Assembly (NCBI GenBank): GCA_964016885.1 | Contig: OZ024740.1 | Location: 322,896,001-322,960,000 of the forward strand | Length of the DNA stretch: 64,000 nucleotides | Direction of reading: 5' to 3' | From: Eledone cirrhosa | Lineage: Eukaryota | Part shown: one piece after another, positions 12,196 to 27,610 of the stretch | Layout: every line of letters begins with the position of its first letter | How positions within the stretch are numbered: position 1 is the first letter of the stretch | Notes under the pieces: model-generated | Told to the model about the DNA's origin: nothing | Database searches by the model: none | Seen by the model: the letters and a program-made list of their open reading frames with translations, nothing else | Position numbers and translations under genes: made by a program

Positions 12196-13054
12196 GCTCG
12201 TTGTTTCGACTTTGATGGCGCCGTTATCAGTTAATATTTTATAAACATGACCAGAAATCCATTAATAATGTTCCATAATGTATATTTTTTTAAAATATCT
12301 AGTGAGAATATTTTACATCTTTTCTTATTTTTAACTTAAACCTTTAGCTAGCCATTGTTAATGTAATATATTCTTTGTTTAGATGTTAAACATTTAGATC
12401 CCTATCATAAGATGGTGAATTGAGAGAAGCTTTAGAGAGTCGCAGTGAATAATTTGTGGTATTTATTCCAGCTTCTGGCGTTCTACGTTCAAATCACGCC
12501 ATGTTTAATTTTGTCACCCCATCTACCTAGAGGTCGATAAAGGACCTACCAATCTATGGAGCTAGACTGGGAGCATTAGATAGAATGCTTGGCGGTATTA
12601 ATCTGAAAGGCATTAGATAGAATGCTTGGCGGTATTAATCCCGGTTCTTTGTGTTCTAAAAAAATCTTGTCATAACCTATTTGAGTAGAAGTCTTCATTG
12701 GTCGTTCGGTTTAATACCACCACCAAATGCTTGGTTGCCTTTGTTGAAGAAACAAACATTCACTACCATCAACGATGGCTAAATGAATGTTCTGTTGTGT
12801 TAATTATGGCAAGAGAACGGGTTAAATTTCAACACTTAGCTCCACCCTTCCCTACGTTCTGACTTTAAACCTCTTTTCAAAATATTAATAAAGATTTAAT
12901 TTTTCCTTTCATGTCAAAATACCAGTTAAGAAATCGGCAATGCAATCCACTGTATAATTTTCCAGTCCTTCTTCTGCACACACATTTTGCCAATATAAGA
13001 AACCAGTATTTATTTTAAATGTGGTTGTGAGATACAAAAAAGATAACAGAAAAA

Positions 13055-13115
13055 GTTACTGACGAGTTGAGAACATAGGTCTAAGTTCGATTCTCAATTG
13101 AAACTATTTTAATTC
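13055..13115 (+). ncRNA. Degenerate minimal hammerhead ribozyme
   Basis: agtta-CTGACGA, stem II gttgagaa/ttctcaat, GAAA, ctat-TT, taatt; stem III is broken. Confidence 0.45.
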
Positions 13116-13845
13116 ACATAAATACTGATGGATGCAATTGACAAAGTATTGATAAATCGGTAAGCAGTTCATGGGTTCGATCACAATGCGTCGATTATTG
13201 GGCACGCATATTTTATCATAAGCCTAAGTCAACACCAGTCAACCCAAGTCAATCCAGGTCAACCCAAGCCTTGTGAGTGGAATTTAGTAGACAAACTATG
13301 TGTAAGCTCACCGTATGGATTGCACTGTTAAAAAAACAGTTTTAACAAATACCGCAAGGTATCTAGTTCAATGCTATAACACCTAGACTAATACTTTATT
13401 TATTGACACCGAAAGGATTAAAAGCATAGTTGGCCTCCAGCAAGATTCGAAATCAAAGCACAGGGAATCAGTATATGTACCACAGAACATTCTCTCCGAC
13501 TCCCCTAAAGATTCTACAATTTCGTCAGCTTTTAAATATGTTTTCATAAAGTTATGTTTCAAGTTTGCATTTACTAAATCATTGCTGTGTACACTTTACT
13601 TGTATTTAGAATGTTTTTTCTCTTTAAATTTTCTTTCTACTTCTTAATGTTTCAGTGTAAATTAATATCAGCTAAAATAATTTAAAGTTTTTAGGAATTT
13701 ACGTGGAACTTCATTTCAGGAATTTCCGACTCGTTGAGTTAAAAGACAAGAAAGGGAGAAAGAACAAGAAAGAGAGAGAAACAGAGAGAGAGAGAGTGAG
13801 AGAGTGATAAAGAGAGAGAGAGAAAAAGAGAGAGTGAGAGAGAGA

Positions 13846-13938
<93 letters not shown>

Positions 13939-14607
13939 AGGTAGAGAATCTGAGGTAGAGAGAGAGAGTAAGATAAATGGTTAGATATAAAGAGCGAGAG
14001 AGAGAGGCCGGGGGAGAGAGGCCGGAGGAGAGAGGCGAAGAGAGGGATATATATATATACATAGTCGGAGAGAGAGAGCAACACGTAAAAAAATAAATAG
14101 TTATAATCAACGTTACATTAATGTATAGAAATGTTGATAGATTAAAGACAGAAAGTTCACAAGTTGCGATAGCAACCTATTTAAAAGGTAAATTATAATT
14201 GACTACATAATCTACCTAGCGCCATCACATACGCACACAACTGCACACATACACACACATATATACACATGTATACACATGCACGTACCCATATATAAAC
14301 ACACTCATAGACACACAGAGTCACACAGAGACACACATATATATATAAGCGTTAATAAAAGCAGTAACTCCTAATTCACTTATAATTTAGCAATAGCACA
14401 GCGACATTGGATTAAAGAACTTGTATATATATATATATATATATGTGTGTGTACAATGTACATATATATATGTACAATGTACACACATATATATATATGT
14501 ACAATGTACATATATATATATATATATATATACATATATATTTATGTACAATGTACATATATATATAGAGTATACAGTATACAGTATACATACATGAGTA
14601 TATGTAC

Positions 14608-14772
<165 letters not shown>

Positions 14773-14902
14773 CATATAGTATATATCTGTGTATAATATA
14801 TATATACATACATACGTACATACATATATACATGCATATATACATATATAGATGCCTACATACCTGTATATATACATAAACACATATATACAGTATATGT
14901 AC

Positions 14903-14949
<47 letters not shown>

Positions 14950-16358
14950 AATAAATAAATAAAAGGTACGTTTAAACTTCATTTTCTGTCGCCGAAGTAT
15001 TTTTTAGTTAATTGCTTACACCACAATACTTAAAATAAAACAAATATACACCGCTGCACCACAACAATCACGACAACAGCACCAACAACAACAACAATGA
15101 CAACAATGACAACAGCATACGACAAAGACAAAGATGTTCTCTTATATTGCAAACTAACATACAATCGACCGGCCACATAAAAAATAAATTATCACACAAA
15201 AACTCACATAAACTTGAAATACCAATATTTACACTGTCTCCAAAATGGTTGTTGTTGGGAGACAAAAAATATATATGAAAATATATTTCAAAATCTATGA
15301 AACTGACGTGAAAACTAAACTATGAAACAAACGAACATTGTTAGCCAACTGTGAACAAAAGATAATTAGTAATAATCTAATCTGCTCTTAGAATGTTGTT
15401 TTAAATAAATGTACATAGAAACTTCCAGTGAAATATGGAATAAAGTATTTTTTTTATAGTATAGTCGCCATTTGTAAATTATATTAGCTTTAGTTTGGTT
15501 TGTGGATTCTAGTAAACTCGTCGTCATCGTCACACACTCGCCGTTTATAGTATATATAGCATGTATGTCTGTGTGTATATATATGTGTGAGTGTGTGTAC
15601 ACACATATATATAGATAGATAGAGAGAGAGACAGCTACATATATATACATCTATCTATCTATATATATCTCTCTCTATATATATATATACACAGTAATTA
15701 TGAACTTAAATGTGTCTATATGCATACAGGCATATATGCATGGATGGATATATATGTATGAAGATATATGCACTTTTGCATGCATACATATATATATATA
15801 TTCATACATATATACATACATATACCCGTGCATGCATACATACACCCGTACATACATACACACATATATATATATGTATATGTACATAGATACACACATA
15901 CATGCATATATATATATACTAGGTTGTACAGTTACCCTAGATTGAAGTTAGATGCTAAACTTTTGAAGAGGGACATGTTAGTCAACATGAAAGCCATTAA
16001 ACCAGTTATAAAACATCGAAAACCGCTGAACCAAATATTAAATTTACACTTCACTGATCAAGACAGATCATTTTCAGAATTCCATTACACTTGCAGTTTT
16101 TTATATTGTTTCTTGTTTATCTCCTCTTCCTCTCCCTCTTTCTCTGTTGCGACCCCCGATTTCTCTCTCTCTCTCTCCCTCTCATCTCCCTCTCTCTCTG
16201 TATTTCATCCCGTTCTCTGTCTCACCTCCTTATCTATCTTACTTCTCAGTCCCTCGATCTCACACACCTTCTCTCTTACCGTCTCCCTCTCTCTCTCCCG
16301 CCTCTCCCCCTCTCTCGCCATCTCCCTCTCTCTCTCACACACACTCTCTCTCCCCCCC

Positions 16359-16429
<71 letters not shown>

Positions 16430-16442
16430 TCTCTCTCCACAT

Positions 16443-16518
<76 letters not shown>

Positions 16519-16597
16519 GTATTTCCCTCATTTCTCTGTCTCACCTCCTTATCTAGCTTATTTCTCCATCCCTTGATCTCACGTCGTCTCTCCATCC

Positions 16598-16628
<31 letters not shown>

Positions 16629-16630
16629 TA

Positions 16631-16676
<46 letters not shown>

Positions 16677-16932
16677 CTCTCTCCCCTCTCTCTCTCTCTC
16701 TCTCTGTATTACATCCCGTTCTCTGTCTTACTCACTATCTATCTTATTTCTCTCTCCCTCCATATCAGCCCCCCTCTCCCACATATTCTCTCTCTCATTC
16801 TGACCTTCCATGTAATTTTGTAACTTACTTTCACTTAAACACTAATATCTGTCTCTTTACCCCACCTCTACAGCCCTACCTCTCTCTCTCTACATATAGA
16901 TATTCGTTAGTACCTTTCTTTCACTTTAACAC

Positions 16933-17001
<69 letters not shown>

Positions 17002-17092
17002 ATATGTATGTATATATATATGTATATGTATATATATGTAAATATATGCATATATATATGTATATATATGTGTATGTATATATGTATATGTA

Positions 17093-17233
<141 letters not shown>

Positions 17234-17525
17234 TTGTGTGTTTCTTTCCTCTAACATGTATTATTACTTCCTGATGATTATTTCACCTCCTCCTCAACAA
17301 AAGTTACAGTTACTGTCTGTCTTATTGGTTAAAGAGTTTACAACTAGTTTACTGATGATGACACTAGGACTAGTTCTGCTCTGGTCTTCTTCTACACATG
17401 CGCACAAAGATACTTATCTAAAATTGTTAAATTATGTACTACTTCAAACAGTAAACATACATATCACCATGCACATATATGTATAAGTGTACACATATTT
17501 TTATACATATTTCTTAAGTTTGTTT

Positions 17526-17620
<95 letters not shown>

Positions 17621-17712
17621 AGAGAGAGAGAATAAGAAGTCAGATTTGCAGAAGTCAGCGTCGCCGCTAGTAACCACATGTTATTCACATAATAACTTAT
17701 ATATATATATAT

Positions 17713-18253
<541 letters not shown>

Positions 18254-18267
18254 ATAAACAATACAAT

Positions 18268-18340
18268 ATAATTACCTCATTACCAGAGGTTTCCCGAATA
18301 AGACGAATACGAAAAACGTCCTTATTCGTTCGTCGGACAA
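18268..18340 (-). ncRNA. Hammerhead-like motif with CCGACGA core
   Basis: CCGACGA, stem II cgaataag/cttattcg with inner gacg/cgtc, GAAA, stem III cctc/gagg, GTA triplet; stem I weak. Second copy at 20743-20815 (+). Confidence 0.6.
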
Positions 18341-19518
18341 GGCAATTTAAAACATAGTGAAATATTTGGAAAGTCTCATCAAGAAATGCAAAAAATATAT
18401 AAATAAACGTAATGCAAGAGATATTAAAAAAATATAAAAAAATATATTAAAAATATATAAAAATATATAAAAAAATATAAGGAAATATAGTTAGGGTATG
18501 TGTATATGTATGTATATACACTCACAAATGTACATATGTGTGTATGTACAAATGCATGTGTATGGTGAAAATGTGTGCGTAAGTACATATGTGAGGGCAA
18601 GTATATTTGTGTATATGTGACCACAAGTACGTATATAATATGAGTTGAAAAAGAAAATGATAATATAGTTGACACGCATCCAGATACAGGTATTAAATAC
18701 ACATACGAGTATGAACGCACGCGTATAAGCACACACACACGCGCGGTCACTTATATGCGGAAGATAAAGAGGGAAGGGAGTGTAATAGTAAAAAGAAATG
18801 TCATTCTCGATATATGTATAAAAATGAAACAATATATGAGAACGAAAAAATGTTTTAAATCAAAGAGAAATTAATCAATTAACACTAGAGAAAAGAAAAC
18901 AAACATAGCTACGCACGTACATACACATATATCTATAAAAACATATTTATACACACAAATACGTACAGACAAAAGCGCATGCATGCGTACATACGTACAT
19001 ACGAGGCACGTATATATATATATATATCGCCACATGTATATCTAATCACACGTACGTACGCGACTATATATATATATACACACACATACACATACACACC
19101 CATACATACATATACATATATACACATATACATACACATTCACATACATTCACCCGCATACACAAACGTAAAAATAAGAATGTAAAAAACATAGATATAA
19201 AAAGACATAGATATAAAAACAGACGTACACACACATATATACGTACGCACGCACACATACGGAGGCGTTCGTATACATATACAGAACGTATACACACATA
19301 AGCACACTCAAACACATAGCTACAGATTATAAATCAGCCATATGAATAAATGAGTACAAATATAAAATCGGCTGCGAAACAACAGAATATATCTGGAGTG
19401 GAAAACGCAAGTGACAAGTAAAATCAGGTAGTGAAAGAAAATGGGGGAAGTAAAATGTGGAATGTGGAGATATTAGGTAAGTGAATCGAAAAGGGGGGGG
19501 GTTCTGGTGGATGTGAAG

Positions 19519-19864
19519 TAAAAATAAAAATAAAAATAAAAATAAAAATAAAAATAAAAATAAAAATAAAAATAAAAATAAAAATAAAAATAAAAATAAA
19601 AATAAAAATAAAAATAAAAATAAAAATAAAAATAAAAATAAAAATAAAAATAAAAATAAAAATAAAAATAAAAATAAAAATAAAAATAAAAATAAAAATA
19701 AAAATAAAAATAAAAATAAAAATAAAAATAAAAATAAAAATAAAAATAAAAATAAAAATAAAAATAAAAATAAAATTAAAAATAAAAATAAAAATAAAAA
19801 TAAAAATAAAAATAAAAATAAAAATAAAAATAAAAATAAAAATAAAAATAAAAATAAAAATAAA
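19519..19864. repeat. (TAAAAA)n hexamer array inside the PLE 3' region
   Basis: Direct observation. Confidence 0.95.
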
Positions 19865-20037
19865 GTTAAAAATGAAAGTAAATCAGAAAGAGAAGTCTGT
19901 AAAGAGAATAATATAAGGAAAGTGAAGAATAAGAGTTTGTGGCGGATAAGTATCTGAAAGTGAGTTAAGTTTATATGAGCTGGAAAGCAAGTGTGATTTC
20001 ATGTGTGAGCAACTGGTGAAAATTTCTGCTTTTGTAT

Positions 20038-20400
20038 TTAGGCAGGTTTTTGGTGATTTAAGGATCCAATATTTTCACTTATGCAGAGTGTGCATCTTCT
20101 TGTTCCTCTTGCATATTCTTTAGATTGGTTCAAAATTGACCAATCCAATTTATATTGGATCCCTTGGTCTTTCAAATCCCATGTTCTGCTAGCCAGAGCT
20201 GTTGTGAATCTTTTTTCTGGATGTCGGAAAGATGCGACATGTGAGTAATAACGCGTTTTGAATTTGTCTTGTGTCATACCCACATATCGTTCGCTGGTGG
20301 CTGGTTGGTTGTTGCTGGTGGTTGTCACTTTAGCCGCATATACAATGGCTTTGGTGTTGCATTTACCTTGTAATGGGCATTCACTTTTGACTCTACAATA
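20038..20400 (-). pseudogene. PLE GIY-YIG endonuclease fragment
   Basis: CRVKSECPLQGKC linker, IVYAAKV...YVGMTQDKFKTRYYSHVASF...TALASRTWDLK...CTLCISE. Confidence 0.9.
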
Positions 20401-20681
20401 TACGTATTTGTGGTCACATATACACACATATACTTGCCCTCATATATGTACTTACGCACACATTTTCACCATACACATGCATTTGTACATACACACATAT
20501 GTACATTTGTGAGTGTATATACATACATATACACATACCCTAAACTATATTTCCTTATATTTTTTTATATATTTTTTAATATATTTTAATATATTTTTTT
20601 ATATTTTTTTTATATCTCTTGCATTACTTTTATTTATATATTTTTTGCATTTTTTTATGAGACTTTCCAAATATTTCACTA

Positions 20682-20738
20682 TGTTTTATCTGATGAAAGC
20701 ATACCATAATTTAACTTAGTGTCCTTGAAATATGTATA
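20682..20738 (+). ncRNA. Minimal hammerhead (family C), ending at its cleavage triplet
   Basis: ttttat-CTGATGA-aagcatac...gtgtcctt-GAAA-tatgta-TA; 3' arm of stem I absent. Confidence 0.65.
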
Positions 20739-21058
20739 TTTCTTGTCCGACGAACGAATGCGGACGTTTTTCGTATTCGTCTCATTCGGGAAACCTCTGG
20801 CAGTGAGGTAATTATATTGTATTGTTTATTATACATTAAATTTTGCTCTGGTACTTACATAGAGCACTCTTCACTCCTATGACTTTTTCAGTTTTCAACG
20901 GAAACTTCAATACTTATATATATATATGTAGAAGTTCTATTTAAATTGTTGGGATACAACAAGCAAATATTTTTATAACTGATATAAAGCACTCAACAAA
21001 TTATTGGAGTAAAAATACGATATATTAACAAATGGAAACTATATTTATAAACCATATT

Positions 21059-21123
21059 TATTTCATTATACATATTTCAAGGACACCAAGTTAAATTATC
21101 GTATGCTTTCATCAGATAAAATA
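21059..21123 (-). ncRNA. Minimal type I hammerhead (family C)
   Basis: Stem I tattttat/atgaaata (8 bp), CTGATGA, stem II aagcatac/gtgtcctt, GAAA, tatgta, TA. Confidence 0.8.
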
Positions 21124-21207
21124 TAATATAGATCAGTTTTATAAATAAATATTGACATACCCTTAAAGAATCTGACCATTTCTGTTGGAAGCTATATATA
21201 TATATAT

Positions 21208-21265
<58 letters not shown>

Positions 21266-21271
21266 TCATAT

Positions 21272-21430
21272 GGATGGCGAATTGGCAGTCGTTAGAACGT
21301 CGGATAGAATGCTTTATGGTATTCGTTCTGACTCTTTGCTCTTTGAGTTCAAATCCCACGAGGTCAACTTTGCCTTTCATCCTTTCGAGGTCGACAAAAA
21401 AAGTACCAGTCTATCACAGGGTCGATCTTT
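21272..21430 (+). mobile_element. Main-family SINE
   Basis: tggcagtcgttaga head, gagttcaaatcc B-box, gtcaactttgcctttcatcc. Confidence 0.8.
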
Positions 21431-21630
21431 ACTCTATATCCCTTTCTCGTTTCCTCTCTCTCACTTTCTATCTTTCTCTGGAAGAAATCTGCTGTACTCA
21501 GGCCAGAGAGGGATGGACTCTGCCAGGCTTAAAATGCCAAATAAACGCCGTATACAGCGCCATTATGACTCTATCAGGAGTTATGGGACCTTACCATATA
21601 TATAAACACACACACACACACACTCACACA

Positions 21631-21685
<55 letters not shown>

Positions 21686-21688
21686 ATA

Positions 21689-22190
21689 CAGGGTGCGTCA
21701 GTTTTTTAGGACATTTGCATGAATTTGGAAGAAAACGCATACCACATGAAAGAAATGCTATATTGGTACATATTGGTACTAATATTTATTTATTTTGACG
21801 CATAGAGTTACGGCCCCTTGCCATTCTGAGTTCAAATCCCGCCGAGGTTAACTTTGCCTTTCATCCTTACGGGGTCAATAAAATAAAGTACCAGTAATGT
21901 ACTGGATAATTTCTGGCCTTGTGCCAATAGTAGAAACAATTATTTACAATACATTATGATATCTATTCAAAGATTCCTCCGTCAGTTTCAACGATTGCTT
22001 CAATACGAGGTCTGAAGCGTTGGCATGCCCGAATCAGATGACCTCTATCAATACTGGACATTGAGCTGGTAATGGCAGACTTGAGAGATTCTATAGTGTT
22101 TTGAGGCTGAGGACTGACTTCTCTTTCAACTACACCCCATACGTAATAGTCCAAGGGATTGATGTCTGCTGATCTAGGAGTCGATATGTC
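21689..22190 (-). mobile_element. Tc1/mariner-superfamily (DD37D/maT-like) transposon 3' remnant interrupted by a SINE (about 21795-21942)
   Basis: SADINPLDYYVWGVVE...ESLKSAI...RACQRFRPRIEAIVETDGGIFE*; TA-CAGGGTG putative TIR end at 21687-21695. Confidence 0.8.
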
Positions 22191-22237
22191 TTGAAGACCG
22201 TCTTCATAGATGCTTGTGTCGTTATATATATATAATA

Positions 22238-22763
22238 TCTAAATATATAAAGTTGTAGTTCCTGTCTGTCTGTTTGTTTGTTTGTTCACGAACTCCCCCT
22301 ATGGTTTTGGAGATAGACACCCATAACGATATTTATTCTGAAACTACATTGCCCAGGATACTTGGATAAGAATATTTCATTTTAATCAAAGGGTTCCCCG
22401 GGGCACAAACCCCCACTGAAAAACCCCCACTGAAATGTTTTCCCTTCGATTTATATGAAATTTAAACCATAGGTAAATGACAAGATATGATGCCTATTCA
22501 CAAAAGTTTTGAAGTGATATTTTGAAAAAACTTATTTTCAAGAAACAAAATAAGAATAATAAGATTTAATAATGTAATTTTGATTTGATATATTACAAAA
22601 AATGTTTTCCAATTTTTCATGCATTACATTTTACATTGAGTAATATTGAAATGCAGAGTTTTTCCTACATAAATTATATCACTGATTTAAAATCAATTAT
22701 CATTTTTTTACAAAAAAAAAAAAAAATGCATGAAACGCAGCAAGGCGCGGGTAATTCGGCTAG
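22238..22763 (+). mobile_element. Non-autonomous Helitron-like element
   Basis: A|TC start, subterminal (TCTG/TTTG)n, GC-rich 3' hairpin, CTAG|T end. Confidence 0.65.
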
Positions 22764-23093
22764 TATATAGATAGAAGTCGAATCGTGTCCGTCCGTGTGT
22801 CAGTCTACACATGAAATGAATGAATTAAAATGAAGCAGGGGGAATGGTGAAAATTCTACGGCGAAAAATAAAAATCAAACAGCGTTTCAACTTTTGCACA
22901 AAGCTCTGTGTGAGTATATATATATATATATATATATATTTATTATATATATATATGTATGTGTGTGTGTGTGTGTGTGTGTCTGTGAATATATGAGTGT
23001 GTAAAAGAGAGGAAGGGAGATGTGTAAAAAACTATGCGATCTGTGCGTGTATGTGTCGCCAAAGGACAATGATGCTGAGGATGATCATCATTG

Positions 23094-23126
<33 letters not shown>

Positions 23127-23254
23127 CCATTGCCATCATCATCATCATCATCACCATCATCATCGCCATCATCTTCGTCATCATTCACAACATCATCATC
23201 ACCAACAACATCATCAATATCATCAACATCGTCTTAAGATTCTGTTAAGGGACA

Positions 23255-24105
23255 GTATGACACTGGAAACATAGGATGGCAAAATATGGCACTGGGGAGA
23301 TAGGGTGGTAAAATATGGCACTTCGAAGATAGGGTGCCGCACTATGGCACTAGGAAATAGGCTGGCATACTATGGCACTGTGGACTTAGAGTGCCACACT
23401 ATAGCTTGAGTGACATAGTATGGAAATATGGAGCTAGGGTGGAGCTGTATGGCAATGGTGGGATAGGGTGGAAAAGTAAGGAATTTTCAAGCTAAGGTGC
23501 TGCACTATGGCACTGTGGAGCAAACGTGGCACACTATGGAATTGGGTGGCTAGGGTGAAGCAGTATGGCACTGGTAAGATAGGGTGGCAATATACGGCAC
23601 TTCGAAGCTAAGGTGCCGCAGTATGGAACTGCGTAGCTAGAGTGGAACAGTATGGCACACCGGAGCTAGGGTCGCACACTATGGCACTGGGAAGCTTTAG
23701 TGACACAGTATGGACATATGGAACTAGGATGTCGCGGTATAGCAATGGGGAGATATGGTAACAAAACAAGGCATTTCGGATCAAGGGTCCCACACTATGG
23801 CACCGCGGAGCTTGGGTGGCACACTACGGCACTGGGAAGCTTGAGTGACACAGTATGGAAATATGGAACTAGAATGTCACAGTATGGCAATGGGGAGACA
23901 GGGTGACAAAATAAGGCACTCCGGAGCAAAGATGCCGCACTATGGCACTGCGGAGCTAGGGTGGGCCACTATAGCACTAGGAAGCTTGAGTGACACAGTA
24001 TGGAAATATTGAGTTAGGGGACCCCCTATGGCAATGGGGAGATAGTGTGGGAAAATATGGCACTTTGAAGCTAGGGTGCCGCACTATGGCACGGCGGATC
24101 TAGTA
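23255..24105. repeat. 29-bp minisatellite with 145-bp higher-order repeat
   Basis: Unit approx. tatggcact..gagctagggtg; marker gcttgagtgaca at 23404, 23694, 23839, 23984. Confidence 0.85.
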
Positions 24106-24302
24106 TGTAATAAAACGGGTGAGTGGATGTCAGGTTATACAAGGATGCTAAAAATACATCTAGTGGATTAATGGTACTTATGATGATGATGCGAAACGTA
24201 GATAGTTGTACCTTTAATCTAGATTCCACCACACATTACACCATTCTCTCTATCCCTCTCTCTCTGTCACTCACTCACTCACTCACTCACTCTCTCTCTC
24301 TC

Positions 24303-24355
<53 letters not shown>

Positions 24356-24384
24356 ACCCTCTCTCTCTCTCTTCTTTTTATCTC

Positions 24385-24580
24385 TGAATTGTTTTGTAGA
24401 CCTCGACAAGGCCTATGACCGCGTTCCTCGTGCCCTGCAGTGGAAGGTTGTGCAGCTTCTGGCTGCCCGGATGTCGCAATACGAATGCCCGAGTATTTGT
24501 GTTCGGCTAAATGGTTCTAAATCGAAAACGTTCAATGTGGGAGTCAACAAGGGTGCGTACTGTCACCCCTCCTGTTATTT
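24385..24580 (+). pseudogene. RTE-clade reverse transcriptase fragment
   Basis: CFVDLDKAYDRVPR...CVRLNGSKSKTFNVGV, then frameshifted QGCVLSPLLF. Confidence 0.8.
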
Positions 24581-24657
24581 AGTCGAGTTGGAAGTGGTAT
24601 CACGATTGGTGGGTGTAAAAAAAAAAAATCAGTCGGCTGTTTCAAAGTTAAAATATT

Positions 24658-25465
24658 ATTGGCAGTATTAGTAGAAAGGTCGGACGCCATGCTTTGCAGC
24701 ATAGAGTTACGGCCTTTTATTAACTGAGTTCAAATCCCGCCAAAGTTAACTTTGCCTTTCATCCTTACGGGGTCGATAAAATAAAGTACCAGAAATACAC
24801 TGCGATAATTGCTGGCCTTGTGCCAAAAGTAGAAACAATTATTACATATATGAATGTATGGACCCGTAACCCCGGATTTTGTGGTAGTGGTGACGTAGGC
24901 ATTGACATTTAAAACTACGTCTTAACACGGAAGATTCCTTCCAGAAAATGAGACAGAATGATATGGAAGAAGTGAAATAGATATATTGAGCAAGAATCGA
25001 CCCCAGCACTGTATTATTACTATCTTATCGCAGCATAGAGTTACGGCTCTTTATGATCTGAGCTCAAATCCCGCCGAGGTTAACTTTGCCTTTCATCCTT
25101 ATGGGGTCGATAAAATAAAGTACCAGTCACGCACTGGGGTTGATTTAATCGACTTTCCCTTCCCCTCAAATTACTGGCCTTGTGCCTATATAAGAAACCA
25201 TTATTACTATCTTATCGGTTAATTGGCAGTATCGGTAGAGGGTCGGACGCCATGCTTTGACGCATAGAGTTACAGCCCTTGCCATTCTGAGTTCAAATCC
25301 CGCCGAGGTTAACTTTGCCTTTCATCCTTACGGGGTCGATAAAATAAAGTACCAGTAATGCACTGGGTAATTGCTGGCCTTGTGCCTAAAGTAGAAACCA
25401 TTATTACTATCTTATCGACCTCGAAATGATGAAAGGTATAGTTGACTTCAGCGGGATTTGAAATC

Positions 25466-25470
<5 letters not shown>
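24658..25470 (+). mobile_element. Cluster of main-family SINE copies
   Basis: Copies at about 24658-24843, 25030-25205 and 25220-25405. Confidence 0.85.
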
Positions 25471-25550
<80 letters not shown>

Positions 25551-25763
25551 CGAGGTACAAGTCGGCATAGCCGCACATCTCTTAACTTGTGAAAATCATG
25601 AAACTTGTGAAACCGGTGAAGCTTTAAGTTATTGTAAATATATCTTATAAGACTTCAATTGCATTTTCAACTTCTTTTCCCTATATTTTCACCCATGCGG
25701 GATATATTTATAAAACCATACTTTTGTATGTTTATATATATATGACTTTTTCTAACTCTGTTT

Positions 25764-25848
<85 letters not shown>

Positions 25849-26670
25849 ACACTCTCTCTCTCTCTCTTACACACACATATATATATATTATACATGATAT
25901 ATATAATATCCTAGATATGTATACCTGGTCACTAATACTCGGCTTCACTGCACCAGAAAGGGTAAAACAGAGTATTTGTTTATTTGACAGATATATAAAT
26001 ATTATATCATAGTTCACTGTACTTGACTAATCACTATCTGTCTACATGAATTCTTTCTAGCAAAAGAATTGCTTTTAGGAGAAGAAAAAAAAAAATAGAA
26101 GAAACCCACAGATATACACATGTTGATATTTGTTTTTTTTTTACATTTTCTTGTATATTTCTTCGTTGTTTCTTTCTGCTTGTTTCTTTAAAAAGGAAAG
26201 TAGCGATCATATGTTGTCTCTCGATGTATTCCTTTCATTAAGTTTGTTTATAACAGTTGTAAATACCATTATTTTCTTTACATGTATTATATAGCTGCAT
26301 TCTTCATCACTGGCGCAAGATTTTTCCAGTCGAAATCTCGTTATGATTTCAACAAGGAGAACTAGTCTATATGACGCCAGACAGACAGATATGCAACAGG
26401 AGGAAAAATAGGAAAAATAAAGAAACAAATAACACAACGACTACAACGATATAGAAATCAGTTAAAAAACACACACAACTACACAAAGCGTCCATTGAAT
26501 GGTTGCAGGTTGTATTGAATGAGCTTTTGAAAGGAAACGAAGAGTTTGGACAAGAGAGAAAACTCCGGTTCTTTTGTCTTTTAGCATAAGCAATTTGGTA
26601 AAGAAGCTGAAAGATTGAAATCTTCGTAGAAAATTACTTGTTAATATTTCTTAAGGTATGGCTTTATTTA

Positions 26671-26709
<39 letters not shown>

Positions 26710-26934
26710 TTTCTTCTGTTGCCTTTGTATATATATATAACTTTTTTTCTTATACTGGGTTATATATATACATATATATGTATGTATATATATAATTTTC
26801 TTTTCTTCTGTTGGGTTTTATTATATATTTATATATATTTCCCCGTTTTTCTATTAGGAATCAAGCAGAATGAAGGAGAATGAAGAATGGTGAATAGATG
26901 GAATAATAACTGACTGACAGCATCAGGAGGAAAC

Positions 26935-27610
26935 AACAACAAATACAACACAAGCAAAAACCTCATCACCATGAACACAAACAACAGCAACTACAACATC
27001 ATCAAGAACAAATATAATACCAACGCCCACAACACTTCCACCGCCCCATCGCACACCACTACTACCCACCTCACCACTACCACCACCACCACCACCACCA
27101 TCACCACCACCACCACCACCACCACCACCACACAACAACACCATCACCACTATCACAACCATCACCCCACTACCACTAATAGCATTAACAATATCAACAA
27201 CGACACTACCCGCCTCTACTACAACAACCAAAAAAATAACAGCAATAATAAAATAAAGTAGGAGGAGAAGAAGAAGAGAAGAAGAAGAAGAAGAAGAAGA
27301 AGAAGAAGAAGAAGAAGAAGAAGAAGAAAGAAAAAGAAGAGAAGAAAAGGAGAAAAAGAAGGAAACACAAGTAAAAGAAGAAAGAGTAGTGGAAGAAGAG
27401 ATGAAGAAGAAGAAGAAGAAGAAAGAAGAAGAAGAAGAAGAAGAAGAAGAAGAAGAAGAAGAAGAAGAAGAAGAAGAAGAAGAAGAAGAAGAAGAAGAAG
27501 AAGATGATGATGAAGAAGAAGAAGAAGAAGAAGAAGAAGAAGAAGAAGAAGAAGAAGAAGAAGAAGAAGAAGAAGAAGAAGAAGAACAACAACAACAACA
27601 ACAACAGCAA
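26935..27610. repeat. Compound (CAC)n/(CAA)n/(GAA)n low-complexity tract
   Basis: Direct observation. Confidence 0.9.

Larger units (their letters stand above)
18255..20915 (-). mobile_element. 5'-truncated Penelope-like element with inverted copy of its 3' end
   Basis: GIY-YIG ORF, ~1.8-kb 3' region ending in an HHR-like fold; about 20400-20830 is the reverse complement of about 18255-18635. Confidence 0.85.
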
